64,000 nt of DNA from Octopus sinensis (taxonomy: Eukaryota): contig NC_043001.1 in assembly GCF_006345805.1 (NCBI RefSeq), positions 14,446,001-14,510,000 on the forward strand, read 5' to 3'. This document shows positions 1-11,082 of this stretch, one piece after another; position 1 is the stretch's first letter, and each line of letters starts with the position of its first letter. The position numbers and the translations under genes were made by a program. The notes under the pieces were generated by a model. The model searched no databases. It was not told the origin of the DNA and saw only the letters and a program-made list of their open reading frames with translations.

Positions 1-312
1 CCCCTTTGTTTTCAAAACCTGTAAGGAAGTGGCCTCTTTAGCGTTACTCGATTTGCTAGAAATAACAGCTAAATCTCTAAGTTGGGGTTTAACGTTTGTT
101 TTAAAAATAGCCGGCGTATGTATCCAGGTTAATCCACTCCTGGATACATTTTACTTTAAATGAGGAACGCCTTTGAACAGGGATCACCTGGGGCTAAAAA
201 CTACAACGAAATCAAGACATTGACAGCTTGTTTAACCCGACTACACACACACACGAGCACATATAGATAAATATATACATGCACATACACACACAGTGTG
301 TGTGTGTGTGAG

Positions 313-356
<44 letters not shown>

Positions 357-442
357 CACTGTAGTTGATTAGTTCACCTAAAGCTTTTCAAAGCGCTACC
401 CCAGCATGGCTGCAGTCTAATGACTGAAACAAGTAAAACATA

Positions 443-829
443 TCTTTATATATAAAAGTCGTGTGTCTGTCTCCTACGATTTAGATTCCTAACTACTCCC
501 ACATTTTGCGGTGCAGTTTAACCAAAAGCGGGTATCTTACAGTCGTGATTCATATCGAGCCCTTCTGGGTATTAGCGCGCGTCTACGATGAGTCTACGAT
601 TTTAAAATAATTTACCATCATTTTTTTCCTTTTAAATGCATTTTTTCGCTATTATATAAGGGAAGTAACTCTCTAAAAATGTCTACGATGGGTCAAGGAT
701 TTAAAAAAATTTACCATAATTTTTTTCCATTTTTAATGCATTTTTTGCTATTTTTTGGCTATAACTCTCTAAAAATGCTTTATAGTTGTTTCCCTTACAA
801 ATCCGAGCAACGCCGGGCGATACTGCTAG
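443..829 (+). mobile_element. Non-autonomous Helitron, family 1
   Basis: Starts TC after an A and ends CCGAGCAACGCCGGGCGATACTGCTAG before a T (subterminal hairpin plus CTAG). Near-identical copy at 2030-2405. Confidence 0.85.
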
Positions 830-875
<46 letters not shown>

Positions 876-1153
876 ATACTGGTTTAGCTCCATCGAACAG
901 TTGAAAACATCTAATAACGACCACCGGAACTTCATATGCATCTGGTAATTGTTCGGTTTAATTATATAATAAAAGTAAATAAAAATTAAGGGGGAGATAA
1001 GTAGTAAAACGGACATTGGGTATTCGCTGGTATAGAGAGGGTCTCAAAAAAGTGTGTTTTGGTTGAAGTACCTGACCGCACAGAAGAAACATTAACTGAG
1101 CTGATACAAAGGTGGGTTTTATTTTGCCTGGGTCTCACATAGTCAGCAATGGC

Positions 1154-1385
1154 TGCGGCGAGCTGGCAGAAACGTTAGCACGCCTGGCGAAATGCGTAGC
1201 CGTATTTCGTCTGTCTTGACGTTCTGAGTTCAAATTCCGCCGAGGTCGACTTTGCCTTTCATCCTTTCGGGGTCGATAAATTAAATACCAGTTACGCACT
1301 GGAGTCGATGTAATCGACTTAATCCCTTTGTCTATCCTTGTTTGTCCCCTCTATGTTTAGCCCCTTGTGGGCAATAAAGAAATAT
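1154..1385 (+). mobile_element. SINE family B inserted in the Merlin transposase relic
   Basis: GGCGAGCTGGCAGAAACG head, GAGTTCAAATTCC B-box-like motif, CCGAGGTCGACTTTGCCTTTCATCCTTTCGGGGTCGATAAA core and AATAAAGAAAT tail, all shared with more than 10 copies in the window. Confidence 0.85.
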
Positions 1386-1414
1386 ATAATAAAGAAAGCA
1401 TATAATAACATCGG

Positions 1415-1663
1415 GGTACTACTTGAGAACAGTGGTCCCGGTGCGCGCACTCTCGTACTCACGATTCCGCACTAGCTAGTCATGACTAGCCGATCCTTAT
1501 TTTGTGTTTTTGTGTTATTTACTTTGTTTAAAAAAATTATTTACTTAGTGTAAAAAAATTATTTTTGTGTTTTATTTACTTTGCTAGGTAGTCATTGTAG
1601 GATCGACTAGCTTGCGCGACAACGCGAGTGCGCGCACCGGGACCACTGTTCTCAAGTAGTACC
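1415..1663. mobile_element. Merlin-type MITE
   Basis: Perfect 38-bp TIR GGTACTACTTGAGAACAGTGGTCCCGGTGCGCGCACTC. 8-bp TSD AACATCGG/AACATGGG with one mismatch. Confidence 0.85.
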
Positions 1664-1999
1664 AACATGGGTATCCTCAATGGTGGTGCCTACATGTACG
1701 AGGTTATTATTGACCAACAACATTTTGTTGATCCTCATGATCAAGACGTCCACACAAAATGTGGAAAATATGTGAATGCCTGTGAAACGGAAGTTGAGAC
1801 GACATTTCGGGACGTCGGACATATTGTTTCATATCTGCAAGAGTTTCTCTGGCGTAATTCCACCGAGGAAAAGAAGACATTTGTTCACTTTCTGGCCGCT
1901 TGTCTTTATGCTGCATAAAAAGTAAGCTGCTTCTTTCATTACTTATCTCGCCTTAATTTTTTATTTACTTTTATTGCGTAACTAAACCAAACAATTACC

Positions 2000-2029
<30 letters not shown>

Positions 2030-2030
<1 letters not shown>

Positions 2031-2405
2031 CTTTATATATAAAAGTGAAGTTGTGTGTCTGTCTCCTACGATTTAGATTCCTAACTACTCCCACATTTTG
2101 CGGTGCAGTTTAACCAAAACCGGGTATCTTATAGTCGTAATTCATATCGAGCCCTTCTGGGTATTAGCGCGCGTCTACGATGAGACTACGATTTAAAAAA
2201 AAATTTACCATCATTTTAATGCATTTTTTCGCTATTATATAAGGGAAGTAACTCTCTAAAAATGTCTACGATGAGTCAACGATTTAAAAAAATTTACCAT
2301 CATTTTTTTTCCATTTTTAATGCATTTTTTTGGCTATAACTCTCTAAAAATGCTTATATAGTTATTTCCCTTACAAATCCGAGCAACGCCGGGCGATACT
2401 GCTAG
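2030..2405 (+). mobile_element. Non-autonomous Helitron, family 1
   Basis: TC start, hairpin plus CTAG end, A/T insertion site. Paralogous to 443-829. Confidence 0.85.
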
Positions 2406-2445
2406 TATATATATGTATATATATTGCTTAAGCATTTTCTCGCAC

Positions 2446-2495
2446 CGTCTCTGATGAAGAGATATATAAAATATCCTGGAAACATCTGTAAGACC
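2446..2495 (+). ncRNA. Type I minimal hammerhead ribozyme-like motif (Penelope-like repeat)
   Basis: CGTCT-CTGATGA-A-GAGATA(tataaaa)TATCCT-G-GAAA-CATCTG-TA-AGACC. Stem I GTCT/AGAC, intact core, GUA triplet. Stem III is one substitution from palindromic CAGCTG. Confidence 0.65.
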
Positions 2496-3104
2496 TTCGC
2501 TTTATATATGTTCTGAAATCTTTCATAGCCTTGGATTCTTTTATCTCATTCTGTTAATTTATATATATATATGCATGCTAATATATGACGTACGTTTGAC
2601 TCCTCGTTCACATAATCACCGAACCTGGAGCTTAACCTAGTCTGTCCATAGCACTTACTCAGCATTACCTGACACCTTTGGGTCTTCTTGACACCAATAC
2701 TTCTCATAACCTATATATATATACGCGCGCGCTTATATTGGGTCTAAAACTACTTAACATAGTGAATCCCCTACGAAATTTGTTAATCTCTTACAGTTAC
2801 ACCCTAATGAAAAGAAAAGAACATTATTGGCGTTAATGATAATTCGTGTCAAAAGTAACAAGTACGAAATTCAAACATCATTTTCCCGTTTGTTGGAAAT
2901 CATTTGGGCTTAAGGTAGAGAATACGCACACTCGGTGGTTAGGGCTAGGATTAGGGTTTAGGGTTAGGGTAACGCCGAAAATATGTACTGTTTTCATGTT
3001 ATATAAGATATATATGTTTAGTTTAATCATTGAAAGAAGTCGAAGATGAAAAGGAAAAAGCCAAGACGTGGTAGTGAGGATACAAATGATAGCGAAAGTT
3101 AAGA

Positions 3105-3481
3105 GGCGCAGGAGTGGCTGTGGTAAGTAGCTTGTCTACCAACCACATGGTTCCGGGTTCAGTCCCACTGCGTGGCACCTTGGGCAAGTGTCTTCTACTA
3201 TAGCCTCGGGCCGACCAATGCCTTGTGAGTGGATTTGGTAGACGGAAACTGAAAGAAGCCTGTCGTATATATGTATATATATATGTGTGTGTTTGTCCCC
3301 TAGCATTGCTTGACAACCGATGCTGGTGTGTTTATGTCCCCGTTACTTAGCGGTTCGGCAAAAGAGACCGATAGAATAAGTACTGGGCTTACAAAAAGAA
3401 TAAGTCCCGGGGTCGAGTTGCTCGATTAAAGGCGGTGCTCCAGCATGGCCGCAGTCAAATGACTGAAACAAGTAAAAGAGT
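3105..3481 (+). mobile_element. tRNA-derived SINE family A, full length
   Basis: GGAGTGGCTGTGG..GGTTCCGGGTTCAGTCCC head, CCTTGGGCAAGTGTCTT CORE-like segment, internal (TA)n(TG)n, AAGTAAAAGAGT tail. More than 15 copies in the window. Confidence 0.85.
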
Positions 3482-3718
3482 TAATACGTACGCCCGGTGT
3501 TTGGGGGGGGGGGGTTTGGTTTGCAAGATTCTTTATATGAGTTCGTGTGTTGAAGCATATTCTGTTGTGTCTGAGGAGAGTCATTTTCTTTTTGTGCCTT
3601 ATAATGTAACACACTCACCGGTAAAATTTCCACTTATTTCTTATTTTCATTTTCCTAAAATTTCCACTTATTTCTTATTTTTATTTTCCTAAAATTTTCG
3701 CATTGTTTTAGCCGTCAA

Positions 3719-3915
3719 GGTTTTTGTTATGCCGAAAACGGCTGGTATTCTTTACCTCTGCTAAGAATACGTACACCAGGTGTTTAGGGGTTAGGGTTTT
3801 TGTTATGCCGAAAACGGCTGGTATTCTTTACCTCCGCTAAGAATACGTACACCAGGTGTTTAGGGGTTGGGGTTTTTGTTATTTCGAAAACGGGTGGTGT
3901 ATGTATTCTTTACCT
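3719..3915 (+). repeat. 76-bp tandem repeat, about 2.6 copies, containing TTAGGGGTTAGGG
   Basis: Unit starts GGTTTTTGTTAT at 3719, 3795 and 3871. Confidence 0.8.
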
Positions 3916-4284
3916 CCTCCCTGGAAAACATAACATTGCACGAAATGAAATTCGCGAATAGTTTTTCACGATCTCGAAATTTATTTCACCGCACATACTC
4001 ATGAAGATATGATGTAAATAAATCACTACTAGTTCCATATTGTCACCAAAGTTGCTTCTTGGGGATTATCCATCGCCCTTCGATTGTCTGTTTGTGGATG
4101 CTGTCAGTGTAGAGATCAATGGTTCTCAACCAAGGGGTCAGTGTTCCCCGGGAGTCCATATAAAATTTTGGAGATTCCATCTAAGTAAAATAGTAGATTG
4201 GGTGTTCATGTAATATTTAGGGATTCGGATGTATTTCTTGCACGAAACAACTAGGTTCCTTTCTCATGATCAAGACGTAACAGC

Positions 4285-4705
4285 AGACGAAATACCTATT
4301 TCTTTACTACCCACAAGGGGCTAAACACAGAAGAGACAAACAAGGACAGACAAACGGATTAAGTCGATTACACCGTCCCCAGTGCGTAACTGGTACTTAT
4401 TTAATCGACCCCGAAAGGATGAAAGGCAAAGTCGACCTCGGCGGAATTTGAACTCAGAACGTAATGGCAGACGAAATACCTATTTCTTTACTACCAACAA
4501 GGGGCTAAACACAGAGGGGACAAACAAGGGCAGACACACGGATTAATTCGATTACATCGACCCCAGTGTGTAACTGGTACTTATTTAATCGACCCCGAAA
4601 GGATGAAAGGCAAAGTCGACCTTGGCGGAATTTGAACCCACAACGTAACGGCAGATGAAATACCACTAAGCATTTCGCCTGGCGTGCTAACATTTCTGCC
4701 AGCTC
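4285..4705 (-). mobile_element. SINE family B tandem dimer (one head, about 2.1 bodies)
   Basis: The tail AAAGAAATAGG is joined directly to the internal TATTTCGTCTGC motif twice. Confidence 0.85.
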
Positions 4706-5064
4706 TCAGCCTGTTCAATAGTTTCATCAGGTGTATTTCGGTATAAATTTTTAAGAAATTATCTTAAAATTACAAATTATGCTCCGGTTCAATGATTGAT
4801 TAGTTAACCGGCAGCATATTGGGTGGGAAGAAGTAGTATGAACGTTGGGGTGTCCAGAATTACAAGGCTGAAATGAAATGCTAACAATCTATAATAAAAT
4901 TTTGAAGTCACCAATTCTTTTCATTTCTCTTTTTTTATATATATAAATTTCAAATTTATGTACAAAGTTTCCATGAGCCCAGCTTTTGGCTGTGACATCA
5001 GTCAGCCACTGTTTGTGTGCTTGTATGTATATGTGTGTGTGTATTTATTTATTTTATATTTATA

Positions 5065-5455
5065 CTAGCAGTATCGCCCAGCGTTGCTCGGGTTTGTTTC
5101 GACCCTTTAGAATTGGAATTTTGGAAAAGTAAAAATTTTGCATTATGTTGCTTGTTATTCTCTTTAAGTGAACGTTTTTCTGGTTGAAATACACAGAAAA
5201 ATGGCGACACAGCAGTCAAAAAATCGTAAAAAAATAGGCATTTTCATAGAAAAAAAGCACCTTTTTGATGTAAATAATTTTTGGTGTTAACTTGGTCCGA
5301 TTTGAATTTTTTCTTCTACGGAAGGAAGAGCAAGCCTTCTTCTATCATACCCTCAATTTTGGTTAACTTGCGCCGCAGGGTCTCAGAGGAGATAGTGTTA
5401 GTTGAAGGCTACCAAACCTGCCATACACAGACAACTTCAACTTTATATATATAGA
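5065..5455 (-). mobile_element. Non-autonomous Helitron, family 2
   Basis: Minus-strand TC start and GAGCAACGCTGGGCGATACTGCTAG end. Interior matches 24006-24403. Confidence 0.85.
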
Positions 5456-5486
5456 TTTATTTATAACTTAACTTAATGTACTTTAT

Positions 5487-5618
5487 AAAATCTCTGACGA
5501 AGCCTAGAGAAACACCCAAGTACCTCAATTTCATCTACTTATTACTTCAGTCTACAGGAGGAATAAAGGTGGAATGAGGTATTTTTACCTCTTAGCTGAA
5601 ACAGCTGTAAGTTATTTT
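5487..5618 (+). ncRNA. Hammerhead ribozyme-like motif with extended stem II
   Basis: AAAATCT-CTGACGA-AGCCTAGAG...(~80 nt including an AAGTACCTCA/TGAGGTATTT hairpin)...CTCTTAGCT-GAAA-CAGCTG-TA-AGTTATTTT. Confidence 0.6.
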
Positions 5619-6099
5619 CCCAATTTATATTCCTGTATGTTATATTTTAATAATTACTGGTATCTTTATATATCAATATATTTTATATGTAAATCATAAT
5701 ATATTATGCATGTATATATATATATGTATGTATATTCTTGTAATTGTCATTTTAGTAAATAAATAAGTTGACATAGTATAATGTCTAAAAGTTGATGAAA
5801 CACCTATTGATCCCCTCCATTTTCTTATTGCTCTCCCTCTATATATATATGTATATGTATGTATGTATACAGTGGTTACCGATAATGTTGACTTGTTCTT
5901 CTTTTCGGATTATGGCTGCTGTTGCTTAGTGAGTGGGATTGACTCAGTGCACAACCTTTCCTCACTTTAAAAAAAAAACTCCTTGCACAGACATTGCATG
6001 ATAACAACATTGATTAAGCTTTGTGCAATGGCCATACTCGATAACGAGGGTGCAGCCACCATATATGTACCAGAGTGAGCACATAAATGCAAAACAAGG

Positions 6100-6500
6100 T
6101 GGGAAAAAATAGTACTAGAATACCGGATGTAGAGTAATATGCTTTATTAAAAAGCAGCAAGAATATCACAAAAACTGTTACTCAGAGTTTCACGTTCTCG
6201 TTCGTCCGGTAGTTTTGTTTAAAATGGAGCAAGATAAAGTTACATGCAGAAATACAATTAGTTTGATAGATACACATTTGAAAATGGTTTTGTTTCATTG
6301 GTCCTTTCAACTAACGATCTTTTCAATAACTGGTTGCATGAAAGCAATAAGAAATAACAAATTGCAGTTTAAAATCATATTATTATTATAAAAATCGGTG
6401 AGAACCCTAAATCAAAAATAGGCCTGAATACCCAGGGTAAATAATTAGCTGTAAAATATCAATAAATTAAAAGATATATCCGTTTAAAAAATTTTGATGC
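6100..6500 (-). mobile_element. Penelope-like element fragment with a degenerate hammerhead at 6171-6217
   Basis: Minus strand reads AAAACTAC-CGGACGA-ACG(agaa)CGT-GAAA-CTC(t)GAG-TA-ACAGTTTT: hammerhead topology with a U4 substitution. The Penelope-like assignment is inferred from this motif only. Confidence 0.5.
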
Positions 6501-6523
6501 TAGATTATATACACATTTAGCAA

Positions 6524-6563
<40 letters not shown>

Positions 6564-6663
6564 CATATATTTATAGCTATAGATACATTTATAAAATATC
6601 ACACACATATATTATATAAATATATACTTATATATAGCTATAGATATATTTATAAAATATCAC

Positions 6664-6701
<38 letters not shown>

Positions 6702-6757
6702 GTGTGTGTATGTGTTTATAAATATAGATATATTTATAAAATATCACACATATATAC

Positions 6758-6791
<34 letters not shown>

Positions 6792-6865
6792 GTGTGTGTA
6801 TGTGTGTATGAATATATAGATATAGTTATAAAATGTCACGTGTGTGTGTGGAGGAAAAAACAATG

Positions 6866-7210
6866 GACAGCTTCCAATTCCGACGCTTAAGGAGAATACT
6901 CGACATCAAGTGGCTGCAAAGAGTCCAAAGTGAGACAGTTGAGATGATAAAATGGTCATGAACGAGATCAGTGATGAAATAAGACCCAGACACCGGAACC
7001 AGATTAGACATGGCCTCAGACAAGATCAACAAAGGCAACTGGATGGTGGCAGTAAAGTGGCAACCTGAGCAGAAAAGAGCAGCAGGGCGCTCTAAAATCA
7101 CATGGCGAAGGATCGTTGACAAGGAAAGGAGACAAGAAGGGTGGGAAACTGAATAGAGGCGGAAAGCAGAGCTGCTTGGGGAGATCATGTTGTGGCTTTA
7201 TGTTCCTTAT
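6866..7210 (+). pseudogene. RTE-clade LINE ORF2 C-terminal fragment
   Basis: Frameshifted translation includes FRRLRRILDIKWLQRV and WQPEQKRAAGRSKITWRRIVDKE, RTE C-terminal motifs. Confidence 0.65.
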
Positions 7211-7214
7211 GACA

Positions 7215-7545
7215 CAGATAGAGCTAATATATGTATGTGATCACCGTGACCGACCAGGCTATCAGATGCTGCTACACATCGCTGGTCACAATGCGCTTCG
7301 CATTGTTTTAGCTGTCAAATGATGTCACCCCAGTGGCTAAGCGAGCAGGCCAACAGAAGTAAGATTGAGAAAAAGTTCTGGTGAAAGAGTACAGCAGGGA
7401 TCGCCACCACCCCCTGCTGGAGCCTCGTGGAGCTTTTAGTTGTTTTCTCTCAATAAACACTCACAACGACCAATCTGGTATTTGAAACCGCGATCCTACA
7501 ACCGTGAGTCTGCTGTCCTAACCACTGGGCCATTGCGCCTCCATA
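7215..7545 (-). mobile_element. tRNA-derived SINE (further family)
   Basis: Minus-strand head GGCGCAATGGCCCAGTGGTTAGG...GCGGTTTCAAATACC (A-box and B-box-like). Confidence 0.6.
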
Positions 7546-9059
7546 TATGTATGTAATCAATTTATTTCAAGATTTCTTGCCAATAGAGAAAGAACCAGAT
7601 TCTAATCTAGATCCAAGGCTCCTTCATTGGAATTTCAACATTAACAAGAGGGTATTTTTGTTTATTTATGTTTGTATGTTGTATGTGTTCCAGGTTCAAT
7701 CCCACTGCGTGGAACCTTGGGCAAGTGTCTTCTACTATAGCCTCGTGCCGACCAAAGCCTTTTGAGTGGATTTGATAAATACAAACTATATATGTATGTG
7801 TGTGTATATGTTTGTGTGTCTGTCCCCCTACCATCATTTGGCAACTGATGTTGGTGTGTTTATGTCCCTTTAACTTAGCGGTTCGGCAAAGGAAACCAAT
7901 AGAATAAGTACTAGGCTTACAAAGAATAAGTCCCGGGGTCGATTTGTTCATTTTTGCCTTGAGAATGCAATATGAAATATTGGTTTCAGATTTTGGCACA
8001 AGGCCAGCTTTTTGGGGGAGGGGGTAAGTTAATCACATTGACCCCAGTGTTCAACTGGTACTTATTTTATTGACCCCAAAAGGGGATGAAAGGCAAAGTT
8101 GACTGCAGTGGAATTTGAGCTCAGAGCATAAAAAATGAATGAAATGTTGCTAAACATTTTGCTTGGCATCGCTAGCAAAGCTGGGGAGTGGGCGTCCACT
8201 CTGGGCGGCACTTTTAAGGGGGGGGGTCAGTTTTGGGTCTGCTGTAGGCAATATGTGTTTTTTTGTGGGGTCCAGGAGCATCCCAGATGTTGTGTCACTG
8301 ACCCTTTTACACTCTGCCCCTCCCCCTTATTTGGTCTTGTAACTAAATGTTTTATTTCCTTCCTCTTAATATTTCCCATCATCTTTTTCTTTCCTCCTGG
8401 ACTTTTTTCCAACGCCCCCATCTTACATACAGTCCACTTCCTTATCAACCTACACATACAACCACACACACACAGATACGACCACAGACACATAAAAAGT
8501 TAGACACATCCATGTCAGTAAGGGACAGTATGAATGTATATACACACACACATACAAATTTAAACACATATACATACATATATGCACATATATATAAAGA
8601 TATAGAGAGAAGAGCAGTTAATAAAGCTTAACTCCATGCGTGTTGAATGGCCGATGTTTTTAAATAAAACAAGGACATGATGTAAAGTGAGCGAGATGAA
8701 TGAAGTCTATCTTAAGGTCAGCATGGTTGATACAAAACTACTTTCACGTTTAATGTACAAACTAGATAAATTAATTTAATTTACATGCAGGAGTGGCTGT
8801 GTGGTAAGTAGCTTGCTTACCAACCACATAGGTCTGGGTTCAGTCGCACTGTGTGGAACCTTGGGCAAGTGTCTTCTACTATAGCCTCGGGCCGACCAAA
8901 ACCTTTTGAGTGGATTTGATAGATGGAAACTGAAAGAAGCCCGTCATATATATATGTATGTGTGTATGTATGTCGGCATGCTAACAACTCTGACCAGCTT
9001 GCTGCCTTTCTTTGCTCTTAATATTGGTTTCAAATTTTGGCTGTCCATCACAAGTTGAC

Positions 9060-9700
9060 AGTGACTGTTCTCATTTAGTAATCATCTCTGGCAGGCTCAC
9101 GTGGGGGCTACAAGACCTCCTCTTCTTCATCTGCAGCAGTGAGGACCTCTGCTGCAGGTGAAGCTGCTTGACACAATGGAGAAACGACATCTCTCTTGGG
9201 CCCTTTCTTATTCTCTCTGTTGTATCTCCTCAACGGCTGAACTCAAAAGCTTCAGTGATCGGTATCAGCGGCAAGCTGGCAGAACCGTTAGCACGCTGGG
9301 TGAAATGCTTAGCAGTATTTCGTCTGTCATTACATTGTGAGTTCAAATTCCACCGAGGTCGACTTTGCCTTTCATCCTTTCGAGGTCGATAAATTCATAC
9401 CAGCTACGCACTGGGGTCGATGCAATCGACTTAATCCGTGTGTCTGTCCTTGTTTGTCCTCTCTATGTTTAGCCCCTTGTGGGTAGTAAAGAAATAGGTA
9501 TCATTCATTACACTGCAGGACCCTCTCCTCCCAGGTGTCTGAGGATAGGCCAGAGTTCTTCATATGTCTTTTCTGCACATCCCTGTATTGCAACTTCTGA
9601 CCACCACGCCTGCCCTTATGCAATTCAGCTGAGAAAACTATCTCAGAGGAATGAACAAGCAAAATGGACTTGTGTGGGATTTACACATAAAGCCTGTAAT
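9060..9700 (-). pseudogene. RTE-clade LINE C-terminal fragment interrupted by a family B SINE (about 9265-9500)
   Basis: Minus-strand EIVFSAELHKGRRGGQKLQYRDVQKRHMKNSGLSSDTWEE resembles the RTE/BovB GKR..GGQK.RYKD motif. Confidence 0.6.
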
Positions 9701-9962
9701 AGACTGGAATGAATTTCACATTACAGACAACAGACTTTCTACCAATCCACTTTTTATGATTGTATTTCAATCTATTCACTGTATACAAATCATCATAGCT
9801 TTTTTTTAGATGTTTTTTTTTAACAATAAACAAGAGAATTTAACAAAGACTTTACAATGAAACAAAGGATTTAACAAAGATTAAACAATGAAACAACAAC
9901 CAACGGTTTGGCATATCTCTCTCTTATATTGCATTTGTATGCAATAGTTGAAGGTGAGGGTT

Positions 9963-10343
9963 ACTCTTTTTTTTCACTTGTTTCAGTCGTGACTGTGGCC
10001 ATGCTGGAGCACCGCCTTTAGTCAAGCAAATCGACCCCCTGGACTTTATTCTTTGTAAGCCCAGTACTTATTCTATCGGTCTCTTTTGCCGAACTGCTAA
10101 GTTACGGGGACATAAACACACCAGCATCGGTTGTCAAGCAATGTTGGTGGGGACAAACCTTACACACACATACATATATACGATGGGCTTCTTTCAGTTT
10201 CCGTCTACCAAATCCACTCACAAGGCTTTGGTCGGCCCGAGGCTATAGCAGAAGACACTTGCCCAAGATGCCACGCAGTGGGACCGAACCCAGAACCATG
10301 TGGTTGGTAAACAAGCTATTTACCACACAGCCACTCCTGTGCC
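9963..10343 (-). mobile_element. SINE family A, full length
   Basis: Reverse complement of the 3105-3481 family. Confidence 0.85.
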
Positions 10344-10945
10344 TTTTATTAATATTTTGTATTCATTTTGTTCCTTTGCAAAGCTGATATGGCTGCAGAT
10401 GTTTCAAAAGGAGGTTAATAAGGTCATTGATTTATATAATTTGTACTTTTTATATATGTTTATATTCAGATATTTATTATTACTTTTATTTTGGGGGAAT
10501 GCCTGGATTCTGAATGACAAGTGGGTTTAAATGTAACAAATAAGGCAATATATATAATGGGCGTTGGTAGGAATCTTGCTAGAGAGTGACTGTGAGTATG
10601 ATGAATCAACCAACCAACAAATCAGGGAAAGCCTTGAAAATATCACGAGAACTCTACATCCTGTTGACTCTTCTCCTTCTCCTCCTCTTCTTCTTTTCCT
10701 GAGCCAATTTCAAAGACACATGAATCATTGGGCCAAACAGGTTGAACCAGAATCAGTAACAATGGAACACCAGGTTCAATCTCATTCAATGACTTTGATT
10801 TTAATCAAAAGTAATTTTTAACCTTGAGAATGCAATATGAAATATTGGTTTCAAATTTTGGCACAAGGCCAGCAATTTTGGGGTCACGGGTAAGTCAATC
10901 ACATTGACCCCAGTGCTCAACTGGTACTTATTTTATTGACCCCGA

Positions 10946-11040
10946 AATGTTTCAGCTGATATACCCTCCAGCCTTCATCAGGTGTCTTGGAGAAATTTCG
11001 AACCTGAGTTCTCATTCCTAAGGTATTTTTTGATGTTGTT

Positions 11041-11082
<42 letters not shown>

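Larger units (their letters stand above)
944..1999 (+). mobile_element. Internally deleted Merlin (IS1016/ISXO2-like) DNA transposon carrying two nested insertions
   Basis: ~65-bp imperfect TIRs starting GGTAATTG. Manual translation across the insertions and frameshifts gives GHWVFAGIERVSKKCVLVEVPDRTEETLTELIQRW..LPGSHIVS..KAYNN..HFVDPHDQDVHT(Q)NVENM*MPVKRKLRRHFGTS..YLQEFLWR, typical of ISXO2/Merlin transposase. No TSD seen. Confidence 0.85.

Noticed and set aside
2938-2970. TTAGGG-like runs as an interstitial telomere (also 3783-3797)
   Set aside because: Only 2-4 imperfect units, embedded in other repeats.
4720-4740. Further CTGATGA/CTGAGGA hits on the minus strand (4725, 22967, 44654)
   Set aside because: No stem II followed by GAAA and no closing stem I could be formed.
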